Translations under genes and position numbers: made by a program
Shown here: in pieces, positions 36,748 through 45,041 of the stretch
How the letters are laid out: every line of letters starts with the position of its first letter
How positions within the stretch are numbered: position 1 is the stretch's first letter
Notes under the pieces: model-generated
Seen by the model: the letters and a program-made list of their open reading frames with translations, nothing else
Database searches by the model: none
What the model was told of the DNA's origin: nothing
Source of the DNA: Candidatus Moraniibacteriota bacterium
GTDB taxonomy: Bacteria > Patescibacteriota > Minisyncoccia > Moranbacterales > UBA1568
Reading direction: 5' to 3'
Length of the DNA stretch: 64,000 nt
Assembly (NCBI GenBank): GCA_016699425.1
Contig: CP064975.1
Location: forward strand, 130,979 to 194,978

Positions 36748-37227
36748 CTAAATATGCAGCATTTTCTCCAGGGTGTCAATGATGGTCGGTTCGTGCTTCT
36801 CCTCCGGGACATAATCAAGCAAGAGGTTTCGGAGCTCTTCGGCCGGGACATCACCGATCGGGATATGGATGTAGGGTGAGATGATGCCGTTGGAGTGGAG
36901 GCTGAGCACGCCCTCGAGCGGTGACTCTTCATAGATCCAAAATGAATGAATGTCTTCGAAGTCGTAGAGTGTCTTGCCGCCGAGTATGCCCTTGCTCGTG
37001 ACGGCGAACTCGAACTCGCGCGGGTCACGGGTGAGGAAGAGATAGCCGACGATACCGATCAAGAAGAACGTGATCGCCATGATCGGGCTATTGGTGAAGA
37101 TCGCGTAGGCGATGATGAGCGCGAGGAGAACAGTCGAAACCATCAAACCGCGCGGGTTGGGCCGGACATGGATGTGTTCCGGCGCGCGCCACGACAAGAG
37201 GGGAGTACCGGCGAGCATTGGTTCCAT
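36748..37227 (-). CDS. Hypothetical membrane protein (2 TM plus soluble C-terminal domain)
   Basis: 159-aa ORF with TM helices near residues 30-75. No motif recognised. Confidence 0.5.
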   Translation of the reverse strand: MEPMLAGTPLLSWRAPEHIHVRPNPRGLMVSTVLLALIIAYAIFTNSPIMAITFFLIGIVGYLFLTRDPREFEFAVTSKGILGGKTLYDFEDIHSFWIYEESPLEGVLSLHSNGIISPYIHIPIGDVPAEELRNLLLDYVPEEKHEPTIIDTLEKMLHI

Positions 37228-37332
37228 AGAGTATGTGAATATTTCTTTTTATTCACTATACCATGATTTGTCCTGTCCGCGATCCCGTCAGAGAGCGGGG
37301 AACCTTCGGTACCTTGCCCTATCCAATCAAAG

Positions 37333-37419
37333 CGGAAGCGGAAGGATTCGAACCTTCGGTACCGTTTCCGGTACTGCAGTTTTCAAGACTGCTGCCTTCA
37401 ACCGCTCGGCCACGCTTCC
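37333..37419 (-). tRNA. tRNA-Ser (anticodon TGA), class II long variable arm
   Basis: Acceptor GGAAGCG/CGCTTCC, anticodon stem GCAGT/ACTGC, loop CTTGAAA, a variable arm of about 18 nt and T-loop TTCGAAT. Confidence 0.8.
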
Positions 37420-37487
37420 GCTCTGATAAGATAGTTTAGTTTTTCCGCCAGAGGCGGGATTGCTGTTTATAACTACATTGTAATGAC

Positions 37488-37606
37488 ATGTAGATAAACA
37501 GGGAACAAGACTGCTGCCTTCCCTGCCCGCCTTCGGAGGGAACCACTCGGCCACTCCTCCGCTTTCATAAGATACCCTTCAATCCCACCCGGCGGACCAC
37601 GCTTCC
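37488..37606 (-). pseudogene. Two degenerate partial copies of the tRNA-Ser(TGA) 5' region separated by a hairpin
   Basis: GACTGCTGCCTT-[CCCTGCCCGCCTTCGGAGGG]-AACCACTCGGCCACTCCTCCGC parallels the tRNA segment GACTGCTGCCTTCAACCGCTCGGCCACGCTTCCGC. A second copy (GGCGGACCACGCTTCC) lies at about 37590-37606. Confidence 0.5.
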
Positions 37607-37626
37607 CTTAGGTTATTTATCCTAGG

Positions 37627-37698
37627 TGCCCCGAGAGAGAATCGAACTCCCATTGCCGGTTCCGAAGACCGGAGCTTTATCCATTAAGCTATCGGGGC
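37627..37698 (-). tRNA. tRNA-Arg (anticodon TCG)
   Basis: Acceptor, D-arm and T-arm are identical to tRNA-Arg(TCT). The anticodon arm differs: stem CCGGT/ACCGG, loop CTTCGGA. Confidence 0.8.
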
Positions 37699-37745
37699 AT
37701 GTTCTGCGGGTAGGGAGGTCAGGTATCCTACCACTGAGCCCCGCC
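37699..37745 (-). pseudogene. tRNA 5'-half-like fragment (GCGGGCGGGGCTCAGTGGTAGGATACC...) immediately upstream of tRNA-Arg(TCG)
   Basis: It has acceptor- and D-arm-like sequence but no matching 3' half. Confidence 0.3.
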
Positions 37746-37889
37746 CGCACCGCATTCGCCAGCCCGACAAGAGTGTCATTCTGGCGGGCGGAGCGATTCG
37801 GGCAGGTACGAGCGCATACGGTTCTCCCGCTATGGGATGCATAGCCTTCTTTTTGTAGCCTGAAACGGATGATCCGTCCAGACCCCAGA

Positions 37890-39482
37890 CTATTTCTTCA
37901 CCTCGAGGATGGGCCGGAGTGACGCGCCATTCATGACTTCGGGTTTCTCCAGACCGAGGATATCGAGGATCGTCGGCGCGACATCGGAGAGGAGACCATG
38001 AACTTCATTTTGCTCGCGGATCATCTCGGCTGAGGTTTTCTCGCGGTGATTGCCGGCGGTGATATACCAGAGCGGGATCGGATTGGTCGAATGCTCTGTG
38101 TCGCGTTCGCCGGTTTGGAGGTTGGTGACTTCCTCGACATTGCCGTGGTCCGCCGTGACCATGAGCGCGCCGCCGGCTTGCAAGATGGCAGGGATGAGCC
38201 GCGACAGGCTTTTGTCGGTCGCCTCGACGGCTTTGATGGAAGCGGCTTCGTTGCCGGTGTGGCCGACCATGTCGGGGTTGGCATAATTCACCAGGATGAA
38301 ATCATAGATGTTCTCCTGAATCTTATTGATGACCATGTCGGTTACTTCGGGGGCGCTCATCTCGGGCTGCTCATCGAAATGCGCGACTGCAGGCGAGGGG
38401 ATGAGGATGCGGTCTTCATTGGGAAATGCCTCTTCATTGCCCCCATTGAAGAAATAGGTGACATGGGCATACTTCTCGGTCTCGGCGATGCGGAGCTGGC
38501 GCAGACCGGCCTTCGAGAGAGTTTCACCCAAGCTATCATGGACATCTTCGGGTGGATAGGCGACATGCACGGGCAGGCCCTTCTCATATTCAGTCATCGT
38601 GACGAAGTGGAGATCGAGCAGTTTCTCGCGGATGAAGCCGTCGAATTCTGGGAGAACGAATGCCTTGGTGATTTCGCGGGCCCGGTCTTCGCGGAAATTG
38701 AAGAAAATAACCGCATCGCCATCTTGCACAACGCCGACGGGCGTGCCGTCCTTCTCGATGACGGTCGGTTCGATGTATTCGTCGGTGATGTTCTTGGCAT
38801 AGGATTGCTCGAGGTGGAGCAGCGGATCATTGGTTCGTTCACCGATACCTTTGGTCAGCATGAGATAGGCTTTTTCCACGCGGTCCCAGTTGTTGTTGCG
38901 GTCCATCGCGTAGTGGCGACCGACGAGACTGCCAATTTCGCCGACACCGACGAGTTTCATCTCACGGGCGAGTTCGCGGAGATGGACGATGCCAGACGTC
39001 GGCGCAGAATCCCGGCCATCCATGAAGGCATGGACCACGACTTTCGTGAGGTTTTGTTCTTTGGCGAGGCGGAGGAGCGCGAGGATATGGTCTTTGTGTG
39101 AGTGGACGGAACCCGGACTGATGAGTCCCATGAGGTGCAGTGTCGAATCATGCGCCTTCACGGCGTCGACGGCCTCGAGAAGCGTCGGGTTCAGGTTGAA
39201 ACTACCGTCCTGAATCGCGAGGGCGATCCGAGGCATGTTTTGATAGATGATGCGGCCGGCGCCCATGGTCATGTGGCCGACTTCGGAGTTGCCGGCGGTG
39301 TTCCAGGGCAAACCGATTGAAATCCCCGAGGCTTGGAGGGTCGTCATCGGGTAATAGCGATTGAGTTTGTCGAAGGTCGGCAGCTTGGCCTCACGGATCG
39401 GGTTGCCCTGGGTGGTATTGGAGATACCCCAACCATCGAGAACGACGAGGACAAAAGGCCGAAAAGTATTTTCTGTCGGCAT
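37890..39482 (-). CDS. gpmI: 2,3-bisphosphoglycerate-independent phosphoglycerate mutase
   Basis: 530 aa. The N-terminal VLVVLDGWG, the metal-binding Ser/His/Asp residues and the C-terminal domain are all present. Confidence 0.9.
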   Translation of the reverse strand: MPTENTFRPFVLVVLDGWGISNTTQGNPIREAKLPTFDKLNRYYPMTTLQASGISIGLPWNTAGNSEVGHMTMGAGRIIYQNMPRIALAIQDGSFNLNPTLLEAVDAVKAHDSTLHLMGLISPGSVHSHKDHILALLRLAKEQNLTKVVVHAFMDGRDSAPTSGIVHLRELAREMKLVGVGEIGSLVGRHYAMDRNNNWDRVEKAYLMLTKGIGERTNDPLLHLEQSYAKNITDEYIEPTVIEKDGTPVGVVQDGDAVIFFNFREDRAREITKAFVLPEFDGFIREKLLDLHFVTMTEYEKGLPVHVAYPPEDVHDSLGETLSKAGLRQLRIAETEKYAHVTYFFNGGNEEAFPNEDRILIPSPAVAHFDEQPEMSAPEVTDMVINKIQENIYDFILVNYANPDMVGHTGNEAASIKAVEATDKSLSRLIPAILQAGGALMVTADHGNVEEVTNLQTGERDTEHSTNPIPLWYITAGNHREKTSAEMIREQNEVHGLLSDVAPTILDILGLEKPEVMNGASLRPILEVKK

Positions 39483-39509
39483 TTTTGTTATTTATTTGGC
39501 TTTCTTTAG

Positions 39510-39560
39510 CGCAGTATAGCAGCACTTGCCTTTTGACAAAAGGCAAGAATGGGAGTAGTC
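39510..39560 (-). promoter_or_regulatory. Candidate promoter for gpmI embedded in a 10-bp-stem palindrome (TTGCCTTTTGACAAAAGGCAA)
   Basis: On the minus strand, TTGTCA is followed after 15 nt by TGCTATACT (an extended -10). The palindrome also presents TTGACA on the plus strand. Confidence 0.35.
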
Positions 39561-39795
39561 TGCCTCTGCAGATACTAATTTTCAATTCGCTCTTCATGTG
39601 TCGCGTTTTCCGATTGGTACCGAAGGAGAGAAAGCTATGATTCCTCGGATTTTCCCAGTTTCCTACACAACTCTCTTTGGGGAGGCGGGCCGCCCGTAAT
39701 GTGTGCCTGACCCTCGTGCTCGTGCTCATGTTATTGCGTTTGCACCCATACTGATCGGAAGCGAGGCGGCGCCTGAGGCAGCGTCATTTTCGTGT

Positions 39796-41322
39796 ATGAC
39801 CCCGCTCACCATTATTCTCGCCCTTGCTGCACTCGGCATCGGCGTCCTTGTCGGATACCTCATCCGTCAAAACCTGGCCAAGAAGCAGCTCTCCACGGCT
39901 GAGGGCCAAGCGGCCAAAATCATCGAAGAAGCCAAGAATACATCAAACACTCTCACACTCGAGGCCAAGAATAAGGCCGTCGAGATTCTTGAAGTTGCCA
40001 AGAAAAACGAACAGTCCCGAGAGGAGAAGATCGGCCATCAGGAATCCCGGCTCGAAAAGCGCGAAGAGCAGATTGAAAAGGAGGCGCAAGCGATCGATGA
40101 TGAGAAGAAGCGGCTCCTCAGCCGGGCCGAAGAGATTCAGGCGATCAAGGCTGAGGTCGAAAAGCTGAAGCAACAAGAAGTCGAAGAGTTGCAGCGCACC
40201 GCCAAGCTCAGTCATGAGGAGGCTGAGAGCCGGCTCATGAAGCTCGTCGAGGAAGAGAGCAAGGATGCCCTCGTCGCCCGGATGTCGAAGCTCGAAAATG
40301 AGGCGCATGATGAGCTCGAAAAACGCTCGTTCCAGATCATGGCGACGATCATCCAGAAGTACTCGCGCACCCATGTGTCCGAGTTCACCACGACCACGAT
40401 CACCATCCCGTCGGACGATATCAAGGGTAAGATCATCGGCAAGGAAGGTCGCAATATCCGCGCGCTGGAAAAGGAAACTGGGGTGGAACTCATCGTCGAC
40501 GATACGCCGGAGTCCATCATTATCTCGGGTTTTGACCCGGTGCGTCGCGAGGTGGCCCGCATCGCGCTCGAGAAGCTGATCGCGGACGGTCGTATCCATC
40601 CGGCCCGCATTGAAGAGGCGGTCGCGGAGGGGCGCAAGGAAATCGACAACAAGATCAAGGAAGCTGGCGAGGCCGCGGCCTATGAAGCGGGGGTAGCCGG
40701 TCTCCATCCGAAACTCCTTTACATCCTCGGGCGGCTCCGTTTCCGCTACAGTTACAAACAAAATGTGCTCCTCCACTCACTCGAAGTGTCCTATCTCTCG
40801 GCAGCGCTCGCGGCCGAACTCGGCGCGGATGTCGCGACGGCTCGCAAGGCTGGACTCATGCATGATATCGGCAAGGCGGTGGATCATGAAATCGAGGGGA
40901 CCCATGTGAAGATTGGGATGCGCATCTTGGAGAAATTTGGGATCGGGCAGAGTGTCATCGACGGGATGAAGTCACATCATGACGAATACCCGCACGCGAC
41001 GATCGAGAGCTATATCGTGACGGCGGCGGATGCCCTGTCGGCGGCTCGGCCCGGAGCGCGCAAGGAAACAGCCGAGAAGTATATCAAGCGGCTCGAAGAA
41101 CTCGAATCCCTCATCAATACCTTTCCGCAGGTGGAGAAGTCCTATGCGATCCAAGCTGGTCGTGAGGTTCGCATCTTCGTCAATCCCGAAAAGACCGACG
41201 ACTACGGCGCGATGACCCTCGCCCGCGACGTATCAAAGCGCATCCAAGAAGAGCTCCAATATCCTGGAGAAATAAAAGTGGTGGTATTTAGGGAAACAAG
41301 AGCAGTAGAATATGCGCGATAA
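39796..41322 (+). CDS. rny: Ribonuclease Y
   Basis: N-terminal TM, a coiled coil, a KH domain (IIGKEGRNIRALEKETGVELIVDD) and an HD domain (HSLEVSYLSAALAAELG...LMHDIGK). Start placed at MTPLTIIL. The last 13 codons use atypically AT-rich codons. Confidence 0.9.
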   Translation: MTPLTIILALAALGIGVLVGYLIRQNLAKKQLSTAEGQAAKIIEEAKNTSNTLTLEAKNKAVEILEVAKKNEQSREEKIGHQESRLEKREEQIEKEAQAIDDEKKRLLSRAEEIQAIKAEVEKLKQQEVEELQRTAKLSHEEAESRLMKLVEEESKDALVARMSKLENEAHDELEKRSFQIMATIIQKYSRTHVSEFTTTTITIPSDDIKGKIIGKEGRNIRALEKETGVELIVDDTPESIIISGFDPVRREVARIALEKLIADGRIHPARIEEAVAEGRKEIDNKIKEAGEAAAYEAGVAGLHPKLLYILGRLRFRYSYKQNVLLHSLEVSYLSAALAAELGADVATARKAGLMHDIGKAVDHEIEGTHVKIGMRILEKFGIGQSVIDGMKSHHDEYPHATIESYIVTAADALSAARPGARKETAEKYIKRLEELESLINTFPQVEKSYAIQAGREVRIFVNPEKTDDYGAMTLARDVSKRIQEELQYPGEIKVVVFRETRAVEYAR

Positions 41323-41365
41323 AAGTGGCCTGCCCGTCCGAAGCTGGAATTTTCAGCGAAGGCGG

Positions 41366-41407
41366 GTCGTGTTCCGCGAGACCCGCGCGGTCGAGTACGC
41401 CAGGTAG
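41366..41407. repeat. Displaced GC-rich re-coded copy of the rny 3' end (encodes VVFRETRAVEYAR-stop out of frame with rny)
   Basis: The hand translation of 41366-41407 is identical to the final 13 residues of RNase Y plus a stop. It lies 44 nt downstream of the real stop, and its codon usage matches the bulk genome. Confidence 0.65.
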
Positions 41408-41488
41408 TGAAATTTCGACGAGCGAAGCTTGATTGCTATAAAAACAACACTTGGGAGTTGTTTTTATATGTCGAAATTCTACTACCTG
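41401..41488. repeat. 88-bp MITE-like palindromic element (19-bp terminal inverted repeats CAGGTAGTGAAATTTCGAC / GTCGAAATTCTACTACCTG, inner 9-bp-stem hairpin)
   Basis: Near-perfect 19-bp inverted repeats (two mismatches) enclose a core with AAAAACAAC...GTTGTTTTT. The left repeat starts inside the displaced rny end. Confidence 0.55.
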
Positions 41489-41679
41489 GTACGCCCGCTA
41501 ATACAGCTTCTAGGTTGTAGTGGGTAGCTTGTAGGCGGTAGCTGGTTGCGTGTGGGTTGTAAGCGGGTAGGGATGAGAAAATACAGAAAAGAGCAGGTTC
41601 CCGAGATGGGCTTGCCTGCCGGTAGGCATGAATTTTGCTTTATGTAAAGCAAAAATACTGATTCTAGTGGCAGCGGTTC

Positions 41680-41708
41680 TTGACAGAATCCCTGCGGGGT
41701 GCTACCAT
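41680..41708 (+). promoter_or_regulatory. Sigma70-like promoter (TTGACA-17 bp-TACCAT)
   Basis: Consensus -35, a 17-bp spacer and -10 TACCAT. It predicts a transcript start near 41715. Confidence 0.5.
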
Positions 41709-41714
41709 GTGGCT

Positions 41715-41979
41715 ACCTTTGATTCGCGCTTCCATGAGAAGACGGTCAGGGGGTGGTAGTGTCCCATTGTCGTTCTTGTTTGTGTTACTGTTCTCACTGT
41801 TTGTTCTGTTTGTTCGCAGGAGTTCGCAGGGGCCTGGTGCGCACCGCGCCCCGAAACCATTCTGGTACCCTTTGCACCACCCATATCGCCGCGTCTGATC
41901 AACGCAGCACCCAACGTCCGTAGTGGATTACTTGAGGGACTCCAAACCCCTCGGAATCGTCTACGGACTTTTCTTTATT
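41715..41979 (+). ncRNA. Candidate ~265-nt small RNA or short-ORF transcript bounded by a promoter and a terminator
   Basis: The unit runs from the predicted transcript start to a terminator at 41916-41979 (GTCCGTAG...CTACGGAC followed by TTTTCTTTATT, with an inner GAGGG/CCCTC stem). The only ORF is a 72-aa Arg-rich low-complexity one. No homology recognised. Confidence 0.3.
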
Positions 41980-42268
41980 ACTGCATTGTTGACTAGATAG
42001 CACATGGGTGCTATTTTTTCTTTTCATTAACAACAGGAGATTTTCATGGACAGGGAATGGGACTGGTGGGTGAAGTCATTTATCTTGCTTCCGATCGAAC
42101 AAGGCCGGAAAGACTTGGAAACGCGACCCAATCGCGGTGAGGCGGCACGAGTTCAGGTTGGGGACATCATCTGTTTCAACCGGTCTGTCCGTCGACGAGT
42201 CATCGCAATCCGGCACTACCAATCGTTCAAAACGATGCTTGTGGTTGAAAAGTCTGAACGTTTCTATC

Positions 42269-43473
42269 GTTACCGTTACCTTTTCAGTTGATAGTAGGGC
42301 GCTTTTTTTCAAAAAGTTTTACTGCTTCTACGCCTAGTTTTACTAATGTCTCAGGCCAGCGAGCCTGTTTTTTGATACTCAAAGAGAGTGAAGGGTAACC
42401 GTTCAAATATTTAAATTTAGCTTCACAATCTGTAAAAAGGCTTGGTTCTCCTCCGTATCATCCACGCATTCAACCAACACTGAGCCGAAGCAAAACTCTG
42501 AAAACCCTTGATCGTCTTCAGCCTCCCATTGAGATGGGAATTGTAGAGTTCAATGAGATTGGTGTTGTTGGGACAGCCTGGCAGCAGCAAGTAATTGAAG
42601 AGTTCCTCCTGCCGGTACGCTATCTCACTTACGATGTTTTTGAGCAGACGTTTCTCTCTCTTGATGCTCGCGGCAAAAGATCGAATGGCGTTCGTCACAT
42701 CCTCTCGTTCTCCAAACACGCTCTCCTTGAGAGCGTAAAAGAAGGGCCGGTATCGCTCTTCACTCCGCACCCGTAAAGCCACCCGGATATTCTCCAGGTA
42801 GTGGTTGTGGCAGAGCTGCAGCCGAGCCGACGGAAAAACCTTCAGGAGAGCCTTTTTCAGGCCAGAGCGGTCATCGGCGACCACGATCTGAAGATCATAG
42901 CCAAGTTGCTTCACTTGATGGAAGAAACGTGAGAAGGACACCTCATCTTCCGCTGTATACAAAGCCCCGAAGGGAATATCGTGGGTCAAGTAATCAATGC
43001 CGTAGAGAAAAGGAATCTTTCTCGCAAAGCCTTTGACCGCCACATACTTCCCATCCATGACAAGGATGCCCGAGAAGCGTCTCGGGTCACAGAGGGTTTG
43101 CGTCAGAGCGTCATTGGAAGGAAGTTGTGCTAATTCTCTTGTAACTCTCACGAAGGCTTGTTTTCCCGAGAGACCATATTCATCTCCTAATTTACGAAAC
43201 GGTACCCCATCAATATGCTCGATCCACAGCAGTCTCGGATCATGCCCGAAGTAACGAGAAAAAGAATGTTCACAAGCACGACACAGGTAGTGATGGCTGT
43301 AGCCTTGGGAGCCATTCTTCACCGTCTCACGACTGCTGCAGCGGGGACAGTGACGTGACCATTTTTTTTGACATGCTGAATGAAATTTAAGGCTTAAAGT
43401 CAACTTTACAGCCGGTTTGAGGCTCTAGTCTAACAAGAACAACACTTTCCATCAACTGAAAAGGTAACGGTAT
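42269..43473. mobile_element. Complete ~1.2-kb IS element with 22-bp terminal inverted repeats (TACCGTTACCTTTTCAGTTGAT) and a ~10-bp target-site duplication (CGTTTCTATC)
   Basis: The left repeat at 42271-42292 is the reverse complement of 43451-43472. The direct repeat CGTTTCTATC lies at 42259-42268 and 43474-43483. The element holds a single transposase ORF. Confidence 0.75.
42423..43403 (-). CDS. IS transposase with N-terminal zinc ribbon plus DDE domain (IS1595/ISNCY-like; family call tentative)
   Basis: CPRCSSRETVKNG...CRAC zinc ribbon. Candidate catalytic acidic residues in ILVMDGKYV, IVVADDRSG and HNHYLEN. Confidence 0.7.
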   Translation of the reverse strand: MTLSLKFHSACQKKWSRHCPRCSSRETVKNGSQGYSHHYLCRACEHSFSRYFGHDPRLLWIEHIDGVPFRKLGDEYGLSGKQAFVRVTRELAQLPSNDALTQTLCDPRRFSGILVMDGKYVAVKGFARKIPFLYGIDYLTHDIPFGALYTAEDEVSFSRFFHQVKQLGYDLQIVVADDRSGLKKALLKVFPSARLQLCHNHYLENIRVALRVRSEERYRPFFYALKESVFGEREDVTNAIRSFAASIKREKRLLKNIVSEIAYRQEELFNYLLLPGCPNNTNLIELYNSHLNGRLKTIKGFQSFASAQCWLNAWMIRRRTKPFYRL

Positions 43474-43861
43474 CGTTTCTATCCGGGCGCCACGAGAGAT
43501 GTCATTCTCGGAGCCCTCAGAGAAATGTATCGGACTGATCCCGAGCAGGGAGTGTTCTGCTTCGAACTCGAACGAATTAGTTAAGGGGGCATCATGTACC
43601 AATCGTGATGCCCTTTGAAATTTCGATTCTTGACAGAAATCCCAGAGGAGAGCCAAAAACTCCTGCCCGAAATGCGAAGTTCGTTTCAACTGAAAAATGA
43701 GTAAAGGTTTTTTCTTCAGGAGCAGGTTTCCCTAGAGTAGATTCGTATAACGTGGCAGGCGGGGCTTGCGCACTTCTAGATTTTGGCTTATTCTCGGGGC
43801 AAGGAGGCTGAGGTCTCCAAAAAGAATGAAACAATAAGCTAGAAAGAGAGGTGGAAAAATT

Positions 43862-44143
43862 ATGGGTAATGTAAACAAAGATTCATTGGTGCACTCAATC
43901 GTCGACAAGACCAGCCTTTCCAAGAAGGATATCGAACTCGTACTCGAAGCTTTCGAGGATGTGGTGACGGCGGAACTCCGCAAGGGAAACAAGGTCACGC
44001 TGACCGGCTTCGGGACTTTCAAGGTCTCGAATCGGGCGGCGCGTGAAGGCATCAATCCGCAGACCAAGGCCAAGATCATGATTCCGGCCATGACGGTGCC
44101 AAAGTTTACCGCAGGTAAGGGTCTGAAGGAAGCTGTCAAGTAG
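43862..44143 (+). CDS. hupB: DNA-binding protein HU
   Basis: 93 aa with the HU/IHF signature (GFGTFKVSNRAAREGINPQTKAKIMIPAMTVPKF). Confidence 0.9.
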   Translation: MGNVNKDSLVHSIVDKTSLSKKDIELVLEAFEDVVTAELRKGNKVTLTGFGTFKVSNRAAREGINPQTKAKIMIPAMTVPKFTAGKGLKEAVK

Positions 44144-44320
44144 CCGAGAGTCAGCTCCATTTGAGAGCAGCAGTTTCGGTAGTCAAGAAGGAAGCCAAGA
44201 AAAAAGATAGAGACGGCATCCCGTTTTCCATTTAGGGGCGGGATGCTTTCTTTTGGCGTTCAGTTTCGGCGCCCTATTTTGGCGCCCAGAAGGGAAGAAA
44301 TGCTACTATAACGGTATACA

Positions 44321-45025
44321 ATGAACCGTGCAGCTAAAGGCGAGTGCTGGTTCGGATTGGGGATTAATCCAGAGAGAATAAGAGATATGTCTCGTATGAA
44401 AACGACATTTGCTTCCATGCTCCGGCGACCGGTATCACAGAAAGAGAGAATCGCATGGTTCATCCTATTTCTCATCGTCGTGGTGGGGGTGCGCTACTTC
44501 GCTCCACATTTCCGTCCCGTGACGCTAGTGGAAGCACCGATCATGCCTGGTTTGCGGATAGAAGATGCCGCTGTCTCCGGTCTGCCACAGCCGGTGCTTC
44601 ATGCAGAGAGTACGCTGTCATTTGATCCGGCGGAAGTACAGACGAATATCGGCAAGACCTTCACGCTGACGGCGGCCGTGGATTCCGCGGCTAATCAGGT
44701 GAGTGGCGCAGAATTGTATGTGCATTTCGACGCGACCAAACTCAAACTCGTTAGTATCGCGGCCTCACCAGTATTTTCTCTCAGTCTTCAGTCGCCCGTG
44801 ATCGACAATCGGCAGGGGACGGGCTCGATAGCGATTGGTGTCCCGCTCGATCAGCCAGCGGTCGTTGGGCGCCAAGCCATCGCTACCTTTTCGTTTCGGG
44901 CACTCGCGCTGGTTTCGAGCACGGAGGTCACTTTTTCTGAACGGACTATCGTCGCAGCTGACGATGAGCCAGGGAGCGTCATCCGCGAGACGAAGCCAGC
45001 TCATGTGATCATTTTGGCCCGGTAG
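44321..45025 (+). CDS. Secreted/membrane-anchored cohesin-like module protein (paralog 1; alternative start 44387)
   Basis: N-terminal TM followed by a ~140-aa module homologous to those in 46228..48267, 48309..48962 and 50182..51045 (LSFDPAEVQTNIGKTFTLTAAVDSAANQVSGAELYVHFDATKLKLVSIAAS...SIAIGVPL...ATFSFRALA). Confidence 0.6.
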   Translation: MNRAAKGECWFGLGINPERIRDMSRMKTTFASMLRRPVSQKERIAWFILFLIVVVGVRYFAPHFRPVTLVEAPIMPGLRIEDAAVSGLPQPVLHAESTLSFDPAEVQTNIGKTFTLTAAVDSAANQVSGAELYVHFDATKLKLVSIAASPVFSLSLQSPVIDNRQGTGSIAIGVPLDQPAVVGRQAIATFSFRALALVSSTEVTFSERTIVAADDEPGSVIRETKPAHVIILAR

Positions 45026-45041
45026 ACTTGGAGAAGGGATT

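Larger units (their letters stand above)
42046..43584 (+). pseudogene. ASCH-domain protein gene interrupted by an IS element (fragments 42046..42268 and 43474..43584)
   Basis: Removing the IS and one copy of the target duplication restores a continuous 107-aa ORF (...VVEKSERFYPGATRDVILGALREMYRTDPEQGVFCFELERIS). SD AGGAG upstream. The current ORF ends inside the IS terminal repeat. Confidence 0.6.

Noticed and set aside
41680-41898. 72-aa ORF (MTESLRGATMWLPLIRASMRRRSGGG...) as a protein-coding gene
   Set aside because: Its start lies within or upstream of the predicted -10 element, it has no SD, and the sequence is Arg-rich and low-complexity. The unit is treated as a candidate sRNA instead.
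43387-44160. Minus-strand ORFs 43387..43689, 43592..43834 and 43732..44160
   Set aside because: They overlap the restored ASCH 3' fragment, the hupB promoter and the hupB gene itself. Their products are implausible.
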